The position numbers and the translations under genes were made by a program. From Xylanibacter ruminicola 23 (GTDB lineage Bacteria > Bacteroidota > Bacteroidia > Bacteroidales > Bacteroidaceae), in contig NC_014033.1 of the NCBI RefSeq assembly GCF_000025925.1, positions 2,850,001 through 2,882,000 on the forward strand: a DNA stretch of 32,000 bases, read 5' to 3'. Position 1 is the stretch's first letter. Every line of letters begins with the position of its first letter. Of the stretch, positions 23,306 through 31,124 are shown piece after piece. The notes under the pieces are model-generated. The model was given only the letters and a program-made list of their open reading frames with translations. It was not told where the DNA came from and ran no database searches.

Positions 23306-24878
23306 ATATAGTCATATTGTCGATATTCGGCATCCAGGCATCTGCATTATACAGTTGGATACGGTTTGAGCCAGCCTTTAGTTTGAGGGTAAGCTCAAAC
23401 TCCTGGAAATGATTCCAGTCATTGGTATTCACACTTACAGTACCAACTGTCTCACCATTCACTTCCACGTTGAATGAACGTTTTTCCTGAGAACCTGCAC
23501 GAAACTTTACCACATATTTACCGCCTTTCTTCACATACACATCTCTCCACTCCAAATAGTTACTGCGACGGTGACCTAACCAACCTGCAAACATACGACC
23601 GCTGGCACCATCGCCTGGTAGATAGATAGCTGTACCCAAGGCTTCATGATTAGCCACCTGCTGATAATCGTGCAGAAAAGCAGTCTCAGCCTCATAAACG
23701 CGGCGCTCAAGGCGCTTCTCGCCCTTCAGGCGATAGATACGTGTGGCATGGGCTGGAACCTGAACTGTAAGCGAGTTCTGCATCTTACCTAAATCCTTAT
23801 GCTCGAACAAGTCGCGCACAGACACCTTTCCACCTAACTCCAGTTCGCTGAAATCAACACACATCTCTACAGGCTTATCTGAAGGGTTGTAGAGCGCTAC
23901 TGCGCGGGTGTTACCATGCAGTTTCAGCAAGTCTTTAACCAATACATAAGTTTCACCAATATGCTGAATCACATAGGCTTGCAAATGAAGTAGATCCTGA
24001 TTCAAGGCAATCAGCTCTTTGTTCTTGAGCAACTCCAAGGCACGCTCATTAATAGTAGCCATATTGCAACCGATCAGTAGCGGACTTGCCATGATACACC
24101 ACAAGCCAAAATGAGTTTTGTCTTCTTCTGCTGTCAGCGAGCGTCCTACCTCCAACATGTCCATATCATTATAGGTATCATTATAGCAATAGGCCGACAT
24201 ATAGAGGTTCTCGTTTACCAAGTCCTTTACCGACTGCCAACTCTCGTGGATATCACCCGTGGTACGCCAAGAGTTTGCGGCATAGTGGCACCAATCGCCT
24301 GGATAGCGCCAACGGCAAATGTTAAACACAACATCGCGACCAGTATTCTTAATGGCGTTTGAGATACGCGTATATTGCTCTTGCTCATTAAGACTCATAT
24401 GATTACCACCACAATAATCTACCTTAATAAAATCGAACTCCAACTCCTTGAAGTAGAAATCAGCATCCACTTGTTCATAACCATACAAACCTACATTTGT
24501 ATTCCTCACATCACCATTACTGATACTACCACAAGTAAGGTCGCCGGCATCACTATAGATTCCAGCTTTGAGTCCTTTCGAATGGATATAGTCACTCACC
24601 ACTTTCAACCCGTTAGGAAATCGCTCAGGATGTATGCATACCTTACCTTCTGGCGTACGACCGTACTGGAATCCATCATCGATATTAATGTATTGATAAC
24701 CAACGGCCTTCAATCCTTGGTTCACCATCGCATCGGCTTGACCTTTAATGATGTCTTCAGAGATGTTTACTGCGAAAGTATTCCATGAACTCCACCCCAT
24801 TGTAGGGCCCTTCTTCTTACTTGCTGATGCTACAATCGCAAAGGCGACAACAAGTGTTGATAATAGTATTCGTTTCAT
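23289..24878 (-). CDS. GH27 family glycoside hydrolase (alpha-galactosidase / alpha-N-acetylgalactosaminidase-like) with a C-terminal carbohydrate-binding-module-like domain
   Basis: The start is trimmed to MKRILLSTLVVAFAIVASA, a signal peptide; the ORF-track TTG at 24914 lies inside the -7 box. PTMGWSSWNTFAVNISE...GYQYINIDDGF and FDFIKVDYCGG are GH27 signatures. The C-terminal ~130 aa (YEAETAFL...YLEWRDVYVKKGGKYVVKFRAGS...NRIQLYN) looks like a CBM6/35-type beta-sandwich. Confidence 0.85.
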   Translation of the reverse strand: MKRILLSTLVVAFAIVASASKKKGPTMGWSSWNTFAVNISEDIIKGQADAMVNQGLKAVGYQYINIDDGFQYGRTPEGKVCIHPERFPNGLKVVSDYIHSKGLKAGIYSDAGDLTCGSISNGDVRNTNVGLYGYEQVDADFYFKELEFDFIKVDYCGGNHMSLNEQEQYTRISNAIKNTGRDVVFNICRWRYPGDWCHYAANSWRTTGDIHESWQSVKDLVNENLYMSAYCYNDTYNDMDMLEVGRSLTAEEDKTHFGLWCIMASPLLIGCNMATINERALELLKNKELIALNQDLLHLQAYVIQHIGETYVLVKDLLKLHGNTRAVALYNPSDKPVEMCVDFSELELGGKVSVRDLFEHKDLGKMQNSLTVQVPAHATRIYRLKGEKRLERRVYEAETAFLHDYQQVANHEALGTAIYLPGDGASGRMFAGWLGHRRSNYLEWRDVYVKKGGKYVVKFRAGSQEKRSFNVEVNGETVGTVSVNTNDWNHFQEFELTLKLKAGSNRIQLYNADAWMPNIDNMTICSNSL

Positions 24879-24911
24879 TTTGGATGTTAGTTTTAATTTG
24901 ATTTTATGCTG

Positions 24912-24919
24912 CAAAATTA
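24912..24919 (-). promoter_or_regulatory. -7 promoter box TAATTTTG (minus strand) for the GH27 gene
   Basis: Plus-strand CAAAATTA, 34 nt upstream of the ATG at 24878. Confidence 0.45.
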
Positions 24920-25083
24920 CATAACTACTGGCAAATACTTTGATAACTTATGAATTGTATAAGGTATTATTATCTGATGACGGCATAGGTTTCCTGATAA
25001 TCAACTACTTACTAATATGCTTGCGTTACAACTGTATAACATAATTATTTTGTATCTTTGTTGCTTTTATCGAGGAGAATTAG

Positions 25084-25091
25084 TACCTTTG
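25084..25091 (+). promoter_or_regulatory. -7 promoter box TACCTTTG for rnhB (a second candidate, TATCTTTG, lies at 25053-25060)
   Basis: Matches TAnnTTTG, 21 nt upstream of the ATG at 25112. Both boxes lie inside the over-extended ORF-track N-terminus, which begins with TTG. Confidence 0.4.
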
Positions 25092-25111
25092 CAGCCAAAA
25101 TAAAGATCATT

Positions 25112-25741
25112 ATGTTAGCAAGTCATTATTACAAAGGTAAGATAGAGGCAGGTTGCGACGAGGCTGGGCGTGGTTGTCTGGCAGGTAGTGTGTATGCTGC
25201 AGCTGTCATACTGCCAGAAGGTTATCAGAACGAGTTGCTCAACGACTCCAAACAACTGTCGGAGAAGAAGCGCTATCAGCTGCGAGAGATGATTGAGCGC
25301 GACGCTGTAGCGTGGGCTGTAGGCATTGTTACACCTGAAGAGATAGATAAAATCAATATTCTGAATGCTTCTATCTTGGCGATGCACCGCGCACTCGACC
25401 AACTGAAGGTACGTCCAGAGGCTATCATCGTTGATGGCAACCGTTTTAAGCCCTATAAAGAGCCTGCTAACGGCGAAACACTCCCCCACACTACCATAGT
25501 CAAGGGTGACGGTAAATATCTCGCCATAGCAGCTGCCAGCATTCTGGCCAAGACTTATCGCGACGACTATATGAACCAGTTGGCCGAGGAATACCCTCAG
25601 TACGACTGGCGCTCGAACAAGGGCTACCCCACCAAGAAGCATCGCGAGGCCATCAAGCAGCACGGCATTACGCCCTATCATCGCAAAAGCTACAACCTGC
25701 TGGGCGATGGACAGCTGAGCATCGACTTTGGTGAGTTCTAA
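25112..25741 (+). CDS. rnhB: Ribonuclease HII
   Basis: MLASHYYKGKIEAGCDEAGRGCLAGSVYAAAVIL carries the RNase HII DEAGRG active-site motif. Other conserved blocks are IVDGNRF, DSKQLSEKKR and AAASILAKTYRD. Confidence 0.9.
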   Translation: MLASHYYKGKIEAGCDEAGRGCLAGSVYAAAVILPEGYQNELLNDSKQLSEKKRYQLREMIERDAVAWAVGIVTPEEIDKINILNASILAMHRALDQLKVRPEAIIVDGNRFKPYKEPANGETLPHTTIVKGDGKYLAIAAASILAKTYRDDYMNQLAEEYPQYDWRSNKGYPTKKHREAIKQHGITPYHRKSYNLLGDGQLSIDFGEF

Positions 25742-25786
25742 CGCTCACCACCAAATACAGAACATATCAACTATAAAAATACTACA

Positions 25787-26290
25787 ATGAGAAAACTGTT
25801 TATGGCTTTGCTGGCCGCCATTTCTATCAGTGCCAGCGCACAGATTCAGGAGCCCGAGGCTCCACAGTTAGAGTTTGCTTTGCAACTGAAGGTAACCCTT
25901 GGCGAAGCTTATGGTATCGACAACACACAGCACGGACGCCGCACCGTTATCCCCATCACAGGTGGTACCTTTGAGGGTAAGGGTCTGAAGGGAACCATTG
26001 TGAACGGTGGTGCCGACTACCAGCTGAATACCGAAGGACGTACAGAGCTGGAGGCTATCTACTGTATCAAGACCGATGATGGTATCTACATCCACGTTCG
26101 TAACCGTGGTATCATTGCCAACGGCAAGGATGCCGATGGAAAACCCAGCTTCTACTTCCGCGCAGCACCCCAATTCGAGGCGCCTGCCGACAGCAAATAC
26201 GGCTGGCTGAACAATTCGCTGTTTGTTTGCGCACCTTCGTTCTCAAGCGATTTCAAGGGCATTGTGCTCAACGTGTGGCGCATTAAATAG
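25787..26290 (+). CDS. Secreted DUF3237 (UPF0311) family protein
   Basis: 167 aa with signal peptide MRKLFMALLAAISISASAQ. GRRTVIPITGGTFEGKGLKGTIVNGGADYQ is the characteristic DUF3237 block as I recall it. Confidence 0.7.
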   Translation: MRKLFMALLAAISISASAQIQEPEAPQLEFALQLKVTLGEAYGIDNTQHGRRTVIPITGGTFEGKGLKGTIVNGGADYQLNTEGRTELEAIYCIKTDDGIYIHVRNRGIIANGKDADGKPSFYFRAAPQFEAPADSKYGWLNNSLFVCAPSFSSDFKGIVLNVWRIK

Positions 26291-26292
26291 GG

Positions 26293-27216
26293 TTAACCTA
26301 AGAAGAACAGGCTAACACCTACCACCGAGATAACCGCACCCACTACGGCGCGCCAGGTTATCTTCTGCTTAAACAACCAATACGACGGCAGCAATATAAT
26401 AATAGGTGTCATCGCCATCAGTGTGCTGGCGATGCCAGCTGCTGTGTATTGTACAGCCATCAGCGAAAAGCCTACACCTACAAACGGACCGAACACGGTG
26501 GTAGCTGTAGCAACAGCCAATCCCTTACGATCGTGCATAGCTTCGCGTAGAGGCTCTAAACCCTTGCGGAAGTACAATAACAGCGAGAAGCCTATGATAC
26601 CCGCTACACAGCGATAGAAATTAGCGCTGAAGGGCACCAGCCATTCGGGTGTGCCTGTGAGCGAAGCCTCGTAGTGGTCCATACCAATCTTGCTCAGCAC
26701 CAAACCAATACCCTGACACATAGCAGCACCAATGGCAAACAGCACACCGTTAAGAGGCAGTTTCAGTCCTACCTTGTGGTGCTCGCCACGACCTAATACT
26801 GAGATGCTGATACCACCCAGTGTAATCAGCATGGCCAGAATGCTCATAGCGTTCATCTGCTGACCCAACGTTATCCATGCCATCAGGGCGGCTGAGAGCG
26901 GTGCTAAGGTCATAAACAACTGTCCGTAGCGCGAACCAATGATGATATAGCACTGAAACAGGCAGAAATCGCCTATCACGTAACCAACCACACCCGACAG
27001 CAGCATCCAACCAGCAGCCTCGACCGATGCGCCTGGAGGCATCATGCTACCTGTTACAACAAGAAACAGCACCAACGAAAACACCAAAGCCAAACCCATA
27101 CGCAGCACATTCAGCGTAAGGTTACCCAATCGTTTACTACCAAATTCACTCAGAAGCGCCGTAGCTGTCCATGAAAAGGCTACGCCAATCGATATCAATT
27201 CACCTATATAAGTCAT
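26293..27216 (-). CDS. DMT superfamily (EamA-like) transporter
   Basis: 307 aa with ten hydrophobic helices in two similar halves, each ending in a Gly-rich helix typical of EamA repeats (ITLGGISISVLG; VISVVGVSLFFLG). Confidence 0.8.
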   Translation of the reverse strand: MTYIGELISIGVAFSWTATALLSEFGSKRLGNLTLNVLRMGLALVFSLVLFLVVTGSMMPPGASVEAAGWMLLSGVVGYVIGDFCLFQCYIIIGSRYGQLFMTLAPLSAALMAWITLGQQMNAMSILAMLITLGGISISVLGRGEHHKVGLKLPLNGVLFAIGAAMCQGIGLVLSKIGMDHYEASLTGTPEWLVPFSANFYRCVAGIIGFSLLLYFRKGLEPLREAMHDRKGLAVATATTVFGPFVGVGFSLMAVQYTAAGIASTLMAMTPIIILLPSYWLFKQKITWRAVVGAVISVVGVSLFFLG

Positions 27217-27249
27217 TGCTTAGTATAAATACGTTAAAACTTCAGGTTG

Positions 27250-27257
27250 CAAAATTA
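27250..27257 (-). promoter_or_regulatory. -7 promoter box TAATTTTG (minus strand) for the DMT transporter gene
   Basis: Plus-strand CAAAATTA, 34 nt upstream of the ATG at 27216. Confidence 0.4.
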
Positions 27258-27331
27258 TACAAAAAATCGTTAATTCTACGCTTCTGGATGCAAGATTTGC
27301 CGTTTGTTCAAGTTATTTAAGAAAAAACTCA

Positions 27332-27339
27332 TACTTTTG
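27332..27339 (+). promoter_or_regulatory. -7 promoter box TACTTTTG for the lipoprotein-rSAM pair
   Basis: Matches TAnnTTTG, 26 nt upstream of the ATG at 27365. Confidence 0.45.
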
Positions 27340-27364
27340 TATCCACTTTAAACAAAATCGAACA

Positions 27365-27847
27365 ATGAAAGTAAGATTCAATCGCTGGTACAACACCATC
27401 CTCACAGCCCTGCTGTCGCTGTTGGGCTATGGTTGCTCATCAGAGAATTCGATGGAGATGTACGGTCCGCCTATACTCATGTATGGCGTTCCCTCGGCCG
27501 AGTATAAGATATCGGGCACTGTTACCGACGAGGGCGGCAAGGCCGTAGAAGGCATCAAGACATCAGTGAAACAAGTAACAAACTATGAGGGCAAGCCCAT
27601 AACGTTTGCCATCGACTCTGTACTGACTGATGCCAACGGCCACTACGATATGACATCAACCCACTTCCCCCAAAGTCCGGAAATCAAGTTGATTGTTGAG
27701 GATGTGGATGGCGATACCAATGGTGCCTACCAGAACGATACCATCGACATTAACTACAACAACGCCCAGAAGGTAAAAGATGGCGAAGGCACTTGGAACA
27801 ACGGCACTTTTACGATTAAACAGGATATTAAACTGAAGAAGAAATAA
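27365..27847 (+). CDS. Radical SAM-associated putative lipoprotein
   Basis: 160 aa with a lipoprotein signal ending LLSLLGYG-C (Cys24). The mature N-terminus has a duplicated MYGPP/MYGVP motif, followed by a beta-rich segment YKISGTVTDEGGKAVEGIKTSV that resembles a carboxypeptidase-regulatory-like fold. The stop overlaps the ATG of the rSAM gene by 1 nt. Confidence 0.7.
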   Translation: MKVRFNRWYNTILTALLSLLGYGCSSENSMEMYGPPILMYGVPSAEYKISGTVTDEGGKAVEGIKTSVKQVTNYEGKPITFAIDSVLTDANGHYDMTSTHFPQSPEIKLIVEDVDGDTNGAYQNDTIDINYNNAQKVKDGEGTWNNGTFTIKQDIKLKKK

Positions 27848-28932
27848 TGAAGCCAACTCCCCTTACCCTTCGCAAAAAGTTAGCTTTAGAACTCTGGCGA
27901 CAGAAGGAAGAAATGGTACGCAAGGAACATCCCCTGAAACAACTGTTCTGGGAGTGTACGCTACGTTGCGACCTCAAATGCAGGCATTGTGGTAGCGACT
28001 GTAAGATGAAGTCCGACAGTAGGGATATGCCTAAGGAGGATTTCCTGCGTGTTCTCGATGGAATCGCTAAAAAGACTGACCCTCACAAGGTGTTTGTCAT
28101 CATATCGGGTGGCGAACCGCTGATGCGTCAAGATATTGAGGAGTGCGGCCGTGCGATATACGACAAGGGATTCCCCTGGGGAATGGTTACCAATGCGCTG
28201 CATCTTACACCCCAGCGCTGGCAGAATCTGCAACGTGCCGGTATCCATTCGATGGCCATCAGTCTGGATGGCTTAGAGGATAACCACAACTGGATGCGCG
28301 GCAACACACACAGCTTTCAGATGGTGAGCAATGCCATCGATATGCTGGTAGCCACCAAAGGGTTTGTGTTCGATATCGTGACCTGCGTAAACCGTCGTAA
28401 CTATACGCAGCTGAACGACATTAAGGAATTCCTGATTTCAAAAGGTGTACAGCGCTGGCGATTGTTTACTGTTTTTCCAGTAGGTCGTGCGGCTCTCGAT
28501 CCTGATATGCGCCTAACCAACGAGCAGTTTCGCGGGGTGTTTGATTTTATTCGTGAAACAAGAAAAGAAGGACGCATCCGTGCCGATTATGGTTGCGAGG
28601 GATTTCTGGGCAACTACGAAGGCGAGGCCCGCAGCAGGTTCTTTAGCTGTCAGGCCGGCATTACCGTAGGCTCAGTGATGGCCGATGGCTCGATAGCTGC
28701 TTGTGCCAGCATACGTGCCGACTATCATCAGGGCAACATCTACGAGGATGACTTTATGGAGGTTTGGGAGAACCGCTATGCCCCCTATCGCAATCGCGAA
28801 TGGATGCGCAATGGCGAGTGCAAGGACTGCAAATACTTCCGCTATTGCCAGGGCAACGGCATGCACCTACGCGATGCTAACGGCGAACTTCTGCTGTGCC
28901 ATCTGAAGCGCTTACAGCAGGCTGCTGATTAA
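27847..28932 (+). CDS. Radical SAM / SPASM-domain protein
   Basis: 361 aa. CDLKCRHC is the CxxxCxxC rSAM cluster and ISGGEPLM is the SAM-binding GGE motif. The C-terminal Cys-rich region (CQAG...DGSIAACASIR...GECKDCKYFRYCQGNG) is SPASM-like. Confidence 0.85.
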   Translation: MKPTPLTLRKKLALELWRQKEEMVRKEHPLKQLFWECTLRCDLKCRHCGSDCKMKSDSRDMPKEDFLRVLDGIAKKTDPHKVFVIISGGEPLMRQDIEECGRAIYDKGFPWGMVTNALHLTPQRWQNLQRAGIHSMAISLDGLEDNHNWMRGNTHSFQMVSNAIDMLVATKGFVFDIVTCVNRRNYTQLNDIKEFLISKGVQRWRLFTVFPVGRAALDPDMRLTNEQFRGVFDFIRETRKEGRIRADYGCEGFLGNYEGEARSRFFSCQAGITVGSVMADGSIAACASIRADYHQGNIYEDDFMEVWENRYAPYRNREWMRNGECKDCKYFRYCQGNGMHLRDANGELLLCHLKRLQQAAD

Positions 28933-29110
28933 CTCCTATAGAATCGCTCTCAGCATTTCTGAAAGCTACACTTAGACTATCTGCCATCTCCTCACGATAG
29001 TCACAAGGTTTTGTACCATAACAAGCAGTAAACACAAATGCCACAGAACTGAAACCCAGCAGCGTCAGCATCTTGTTAATGGCCTTAAGTTTAAACATCT
29101 TTATATTCAT
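28877..29110 (-). CDS. Small putative lipoprotein (77 aa), hypothetical
   Basis: MNIKMFKLKAINKMLTLLGFSSVAFVFTA-C is a lipoprotein-type signal. The ATG forms an ATGA overlap with the murQ stop, which suggests translational coupling. The 3' 56 nt overlap the rSAM gene end antisense. I know of no recognisable family. Confidence 0.45.
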   Translation of the reverse strand: MNIKMFKLKAINKMLTLLGFSSVAFVFTACYGTKPCDYREEMADSLSVAFRNAESDSIGVNQQPAVSASDGTAEVRR

Positions 29111-29919
29111 AGTTTTTGTTTTAGTACAACATCAACGCTCCCTGCAGCTAATAATCTCTGACGGGCTTCGTCGTAACTGATACCGAGTTCGTCGGCAATC
29201 ATGCGGGTGCCTCGGTCTATCAATTTCTCGTTAGTAAGCTGCATCTTTACCATACGATTACCCTCTACACGCCCCATGCGAATCATCAAGGCAGTAGAAA
29301 TCATATTCAGAACCATCTTTTGGGCAGTACCGCTCTTCATACGGCTGGAACCAGTTACAAACTCTGGGCCGACAATCGTCTCTATGGCATACTCAGCGGC
29401 AGCAGCCAAAGGCGTATGAGGATTGCTGGTAATACAACCTGTAAGCAAACCCTGCTTACGAGCTCCCTTGATGGCACCAATCACGTAAGGTGTGGTACCA
29501 GAGGCTGCAATACCTATCACCGTATCATCGGCGGTAGGCTGATAGCGCATCAGGTCGTTCCAACCCTGCTCCTTATCGTCCTCGGCACGCTCTACAGCGC
29601 GTCGTAAGGCCTCGTCGCCACCAGCAATCAAGCCTATCACCCAATCGGGCTGTACACCAAAAGTTGGTGGCAGCTCGCTGGCATCAAGCACGCCTAAACG
29701 ACCGCTGGTGCCCGCACCCACATAGAACAGTCGGCCACCGCGTTTCATTCTTGGTTCGATGGCCAGCACCAGTGTCTCTATCTGCGGCAGCACGCGTCCC
29801 ACAGCCTCGGCTACCAACCTATCCTCCTGGTTGATGCTCCTCAGCACCTCGCCTACCTCCATCTGCTCCAGATGGTCGTAATGCGAAGCCTGCTCTGTGA
29901 TCTTATCTTCAATCCTCAT
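29107..29919 (-). CDS. murQ: N-acetylmuramic acid 6-phosphate etherase
   Basis: The start is trimmed to MRIEDKITEQASHYDHLE (ATG 29919); the longer ORF-track start would overlap the GH16 gene. SIS-domain motifs are FYVGAGTSGRLGVLDASE, GIAASGTTPYV and TGSSRMKSGTAQKMVLNMIST. Confidence 0.85.
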   Translation of the reverse strand: MRIEDKITEQASHYDHLEQMEVGEVLRSINQEDRLVAEAVGRVLPQIETLVLAIEPRMKRGGRLFYVGAGTSGRLGVLDASELPPTFGVQPDWVIGLIAGGDEALRRAVERAEDDKEQGWNDLMRYQPTADDTVIGIAASGTTPYVIGAIKGARKQGLLTGCITSNPHTPLAAAAEYAIETIVGPEFVTGSSRMKSGTAQKMVLNMISTALMIRMGRVEGNRMVKMQLTNEKLIDRGTRMIADELGISYDEARQRLLAAGSVDVVLKQKL

Positions 29920-29926
29920 GTGCGTA

Positions 29927-30721
29927 TTATTTTTTCTGGTACACACGTACATAATCAATCTCGTAACGCATAGGGAAGGCAGCGTTATCGATGGTACCAC
30001 CATTATCGCCACCTAAGGCCAGGTTCAGAAGGATATACTGCGGACGGTTGAAGGGATTGGTATATTGGCCAATCTTACCGTTCTGCGTGCTACTGAGAGG
30101 AATCTCGTTCAGCAGCTCATCATCCAGATAAAGTCGGATAGCCATTTCGTCCCAGTCCATACGCCATATATGAAAATGCTGGGCCCATGCAGGGTCTTTC
30201 TCTGTAAAATGGGTAAACGGTGTTTTCTTGCTATTCCACACAGCCTTGTAAGGCTGGTCGTTACCCCAACAGGCATTGGCTAAGATATGAGGCACTCCAT
30301 TGATACGGTAATACTCCATCAAATCAATCTCGCCACACGAGGGCCAAGGCATGTCGTTGCCTAACGTCCAGATGGCAGGCCAGGTACCACCAGCGGTTGG
30401 GATGCGGGCGCAAACCTCCAGTCGTCCGTACAGGAAACTGTACTTACCTTTGGTATTTAAACTGGCCGATGTATAGGGAATACCCTCACGACCAGTTTCC
30501 TGGCGAGCCTCAATCACCAGCATACCATTGTGCAGGTAGGCATTATCTGCCTGATACCACTGAGCTTCGTGGTTACGCACAAATCCCTGCTCATAGCCCC
30601 AGATGGTGCTATCAGGGCGCCCGTTACCATCAAACTCATCGGCAAAAACCAGCTGATACTCCTGTGCCACAAGGGGCACAGCAAGCATACCAAGCAGCAA
30701 CGACAGTAAAACCTTTCTCAT
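29927..30721 (-). CDS. GH16 family glycoside hydrolase (beta-glucanase/laminarinase-like), secreted
   Basis: 264 aa with signal MRKVLLSLLLGMLAVPLVAQ. LVFADEFDG, WPAIWTLG and the catalytic GEIDLMEY (E-I-D-x-x-E) are GH16 hallmarks. Confidence 0.85.
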   Translation of the reverse strand: MRKVLLSLLLGMLAVPLVAQEYQLVFADEFDGNGRPDSTIWGYEQGFVRNHEAQWYQADNAYLHNGMLVIEARQETGREGIPYTSASLNTKGKYSFLYGRLEVCARIPTAGGTWPAIWTLGNDMPWPSCGEIDLMEYYRINGVPHILANACWGNDQPYKAVWNSKKTPFTHFTEKDPAWAQHFHIWRMDWDEMAIRLYLDDELLNEIPLSSTQNGKIGQYTNPFNRPQYILLNLALGGDNGGTIDNAAFPMRYEIDYVRVYQKK

Positions 30722-30725
30722 ACCA

Positions 30726-31124
30726 TTAAATAAAGTCTTTGAAAGCCTCGTCGTACTCAGGACTATTGGCCAGGCGACCGTTTACCAGGCATACAAGCTC
30801 GATATCGCCTTTCCACGACAGCTTCTCATCGCTGGCACGATAGATGGCCTGATGGAATACGTACTTGATGCCCTCCTTGGTGAGCGAGAGGCGTGAGATA
30901 AACTCATCGTCGCATCGGAGTGGCGTCTTATACTGCAAGTTCATACGAGCCACAACGGCATCGATACCCTGCTCGTGCAACGCAGCAAAGCTAACGCCCA
31001 GACTGCGAAGAAACAGGTGACGGGTGTGCTCAGCATAGTGCAGATAGTTGGCATTGTTTACGATGCCCTCGATATCGCACTCGTAATCGCGCACCTCCAT
31101 GCGGGTTTCGAAAATATAGTTCAT
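30726..31124 (-). CDS. Hotdog-fold acyl-CoA thioesterase (YbgC/4HBT-like)
   Basis: 132 aa. The N-terminal FETRMEVRDYECDIEGIVNNANYLHYAEHTRHLFL is the 4HBT/YbgC pattern with the catalytic Asp in the DxxGxV context. Confidence 0.8.
   Translation of the reverse strand: MNYIFETRMEVRDYECDIEGIVNNANYLHYAEHTRHLFLRSLGVSFAALHEQGIDAVVARMNLQYKTPLRCDDEFISRLSLTKEGIKYVFHQAIYRASDEKLSWKGDIELVCLVNGRLANSPEYDEAFKDFI

Noticed and set aside
27365-28932. Interpreting the rSAM/SPASM gene as the anaerobic sulfatase-maturating enzyme (anSME) common in Bacteroidales
   Set aside because: There is no sulfatase gene in the window, the protein is translationally coupled to a lipoprotein instead, and the sequence around the CxxxCxxC motif does not look like the anSME N-terminus I remember. 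This is a judgement by eye that needs an HMM or phylogeny check, so it is listed as the main alternative in the finding.
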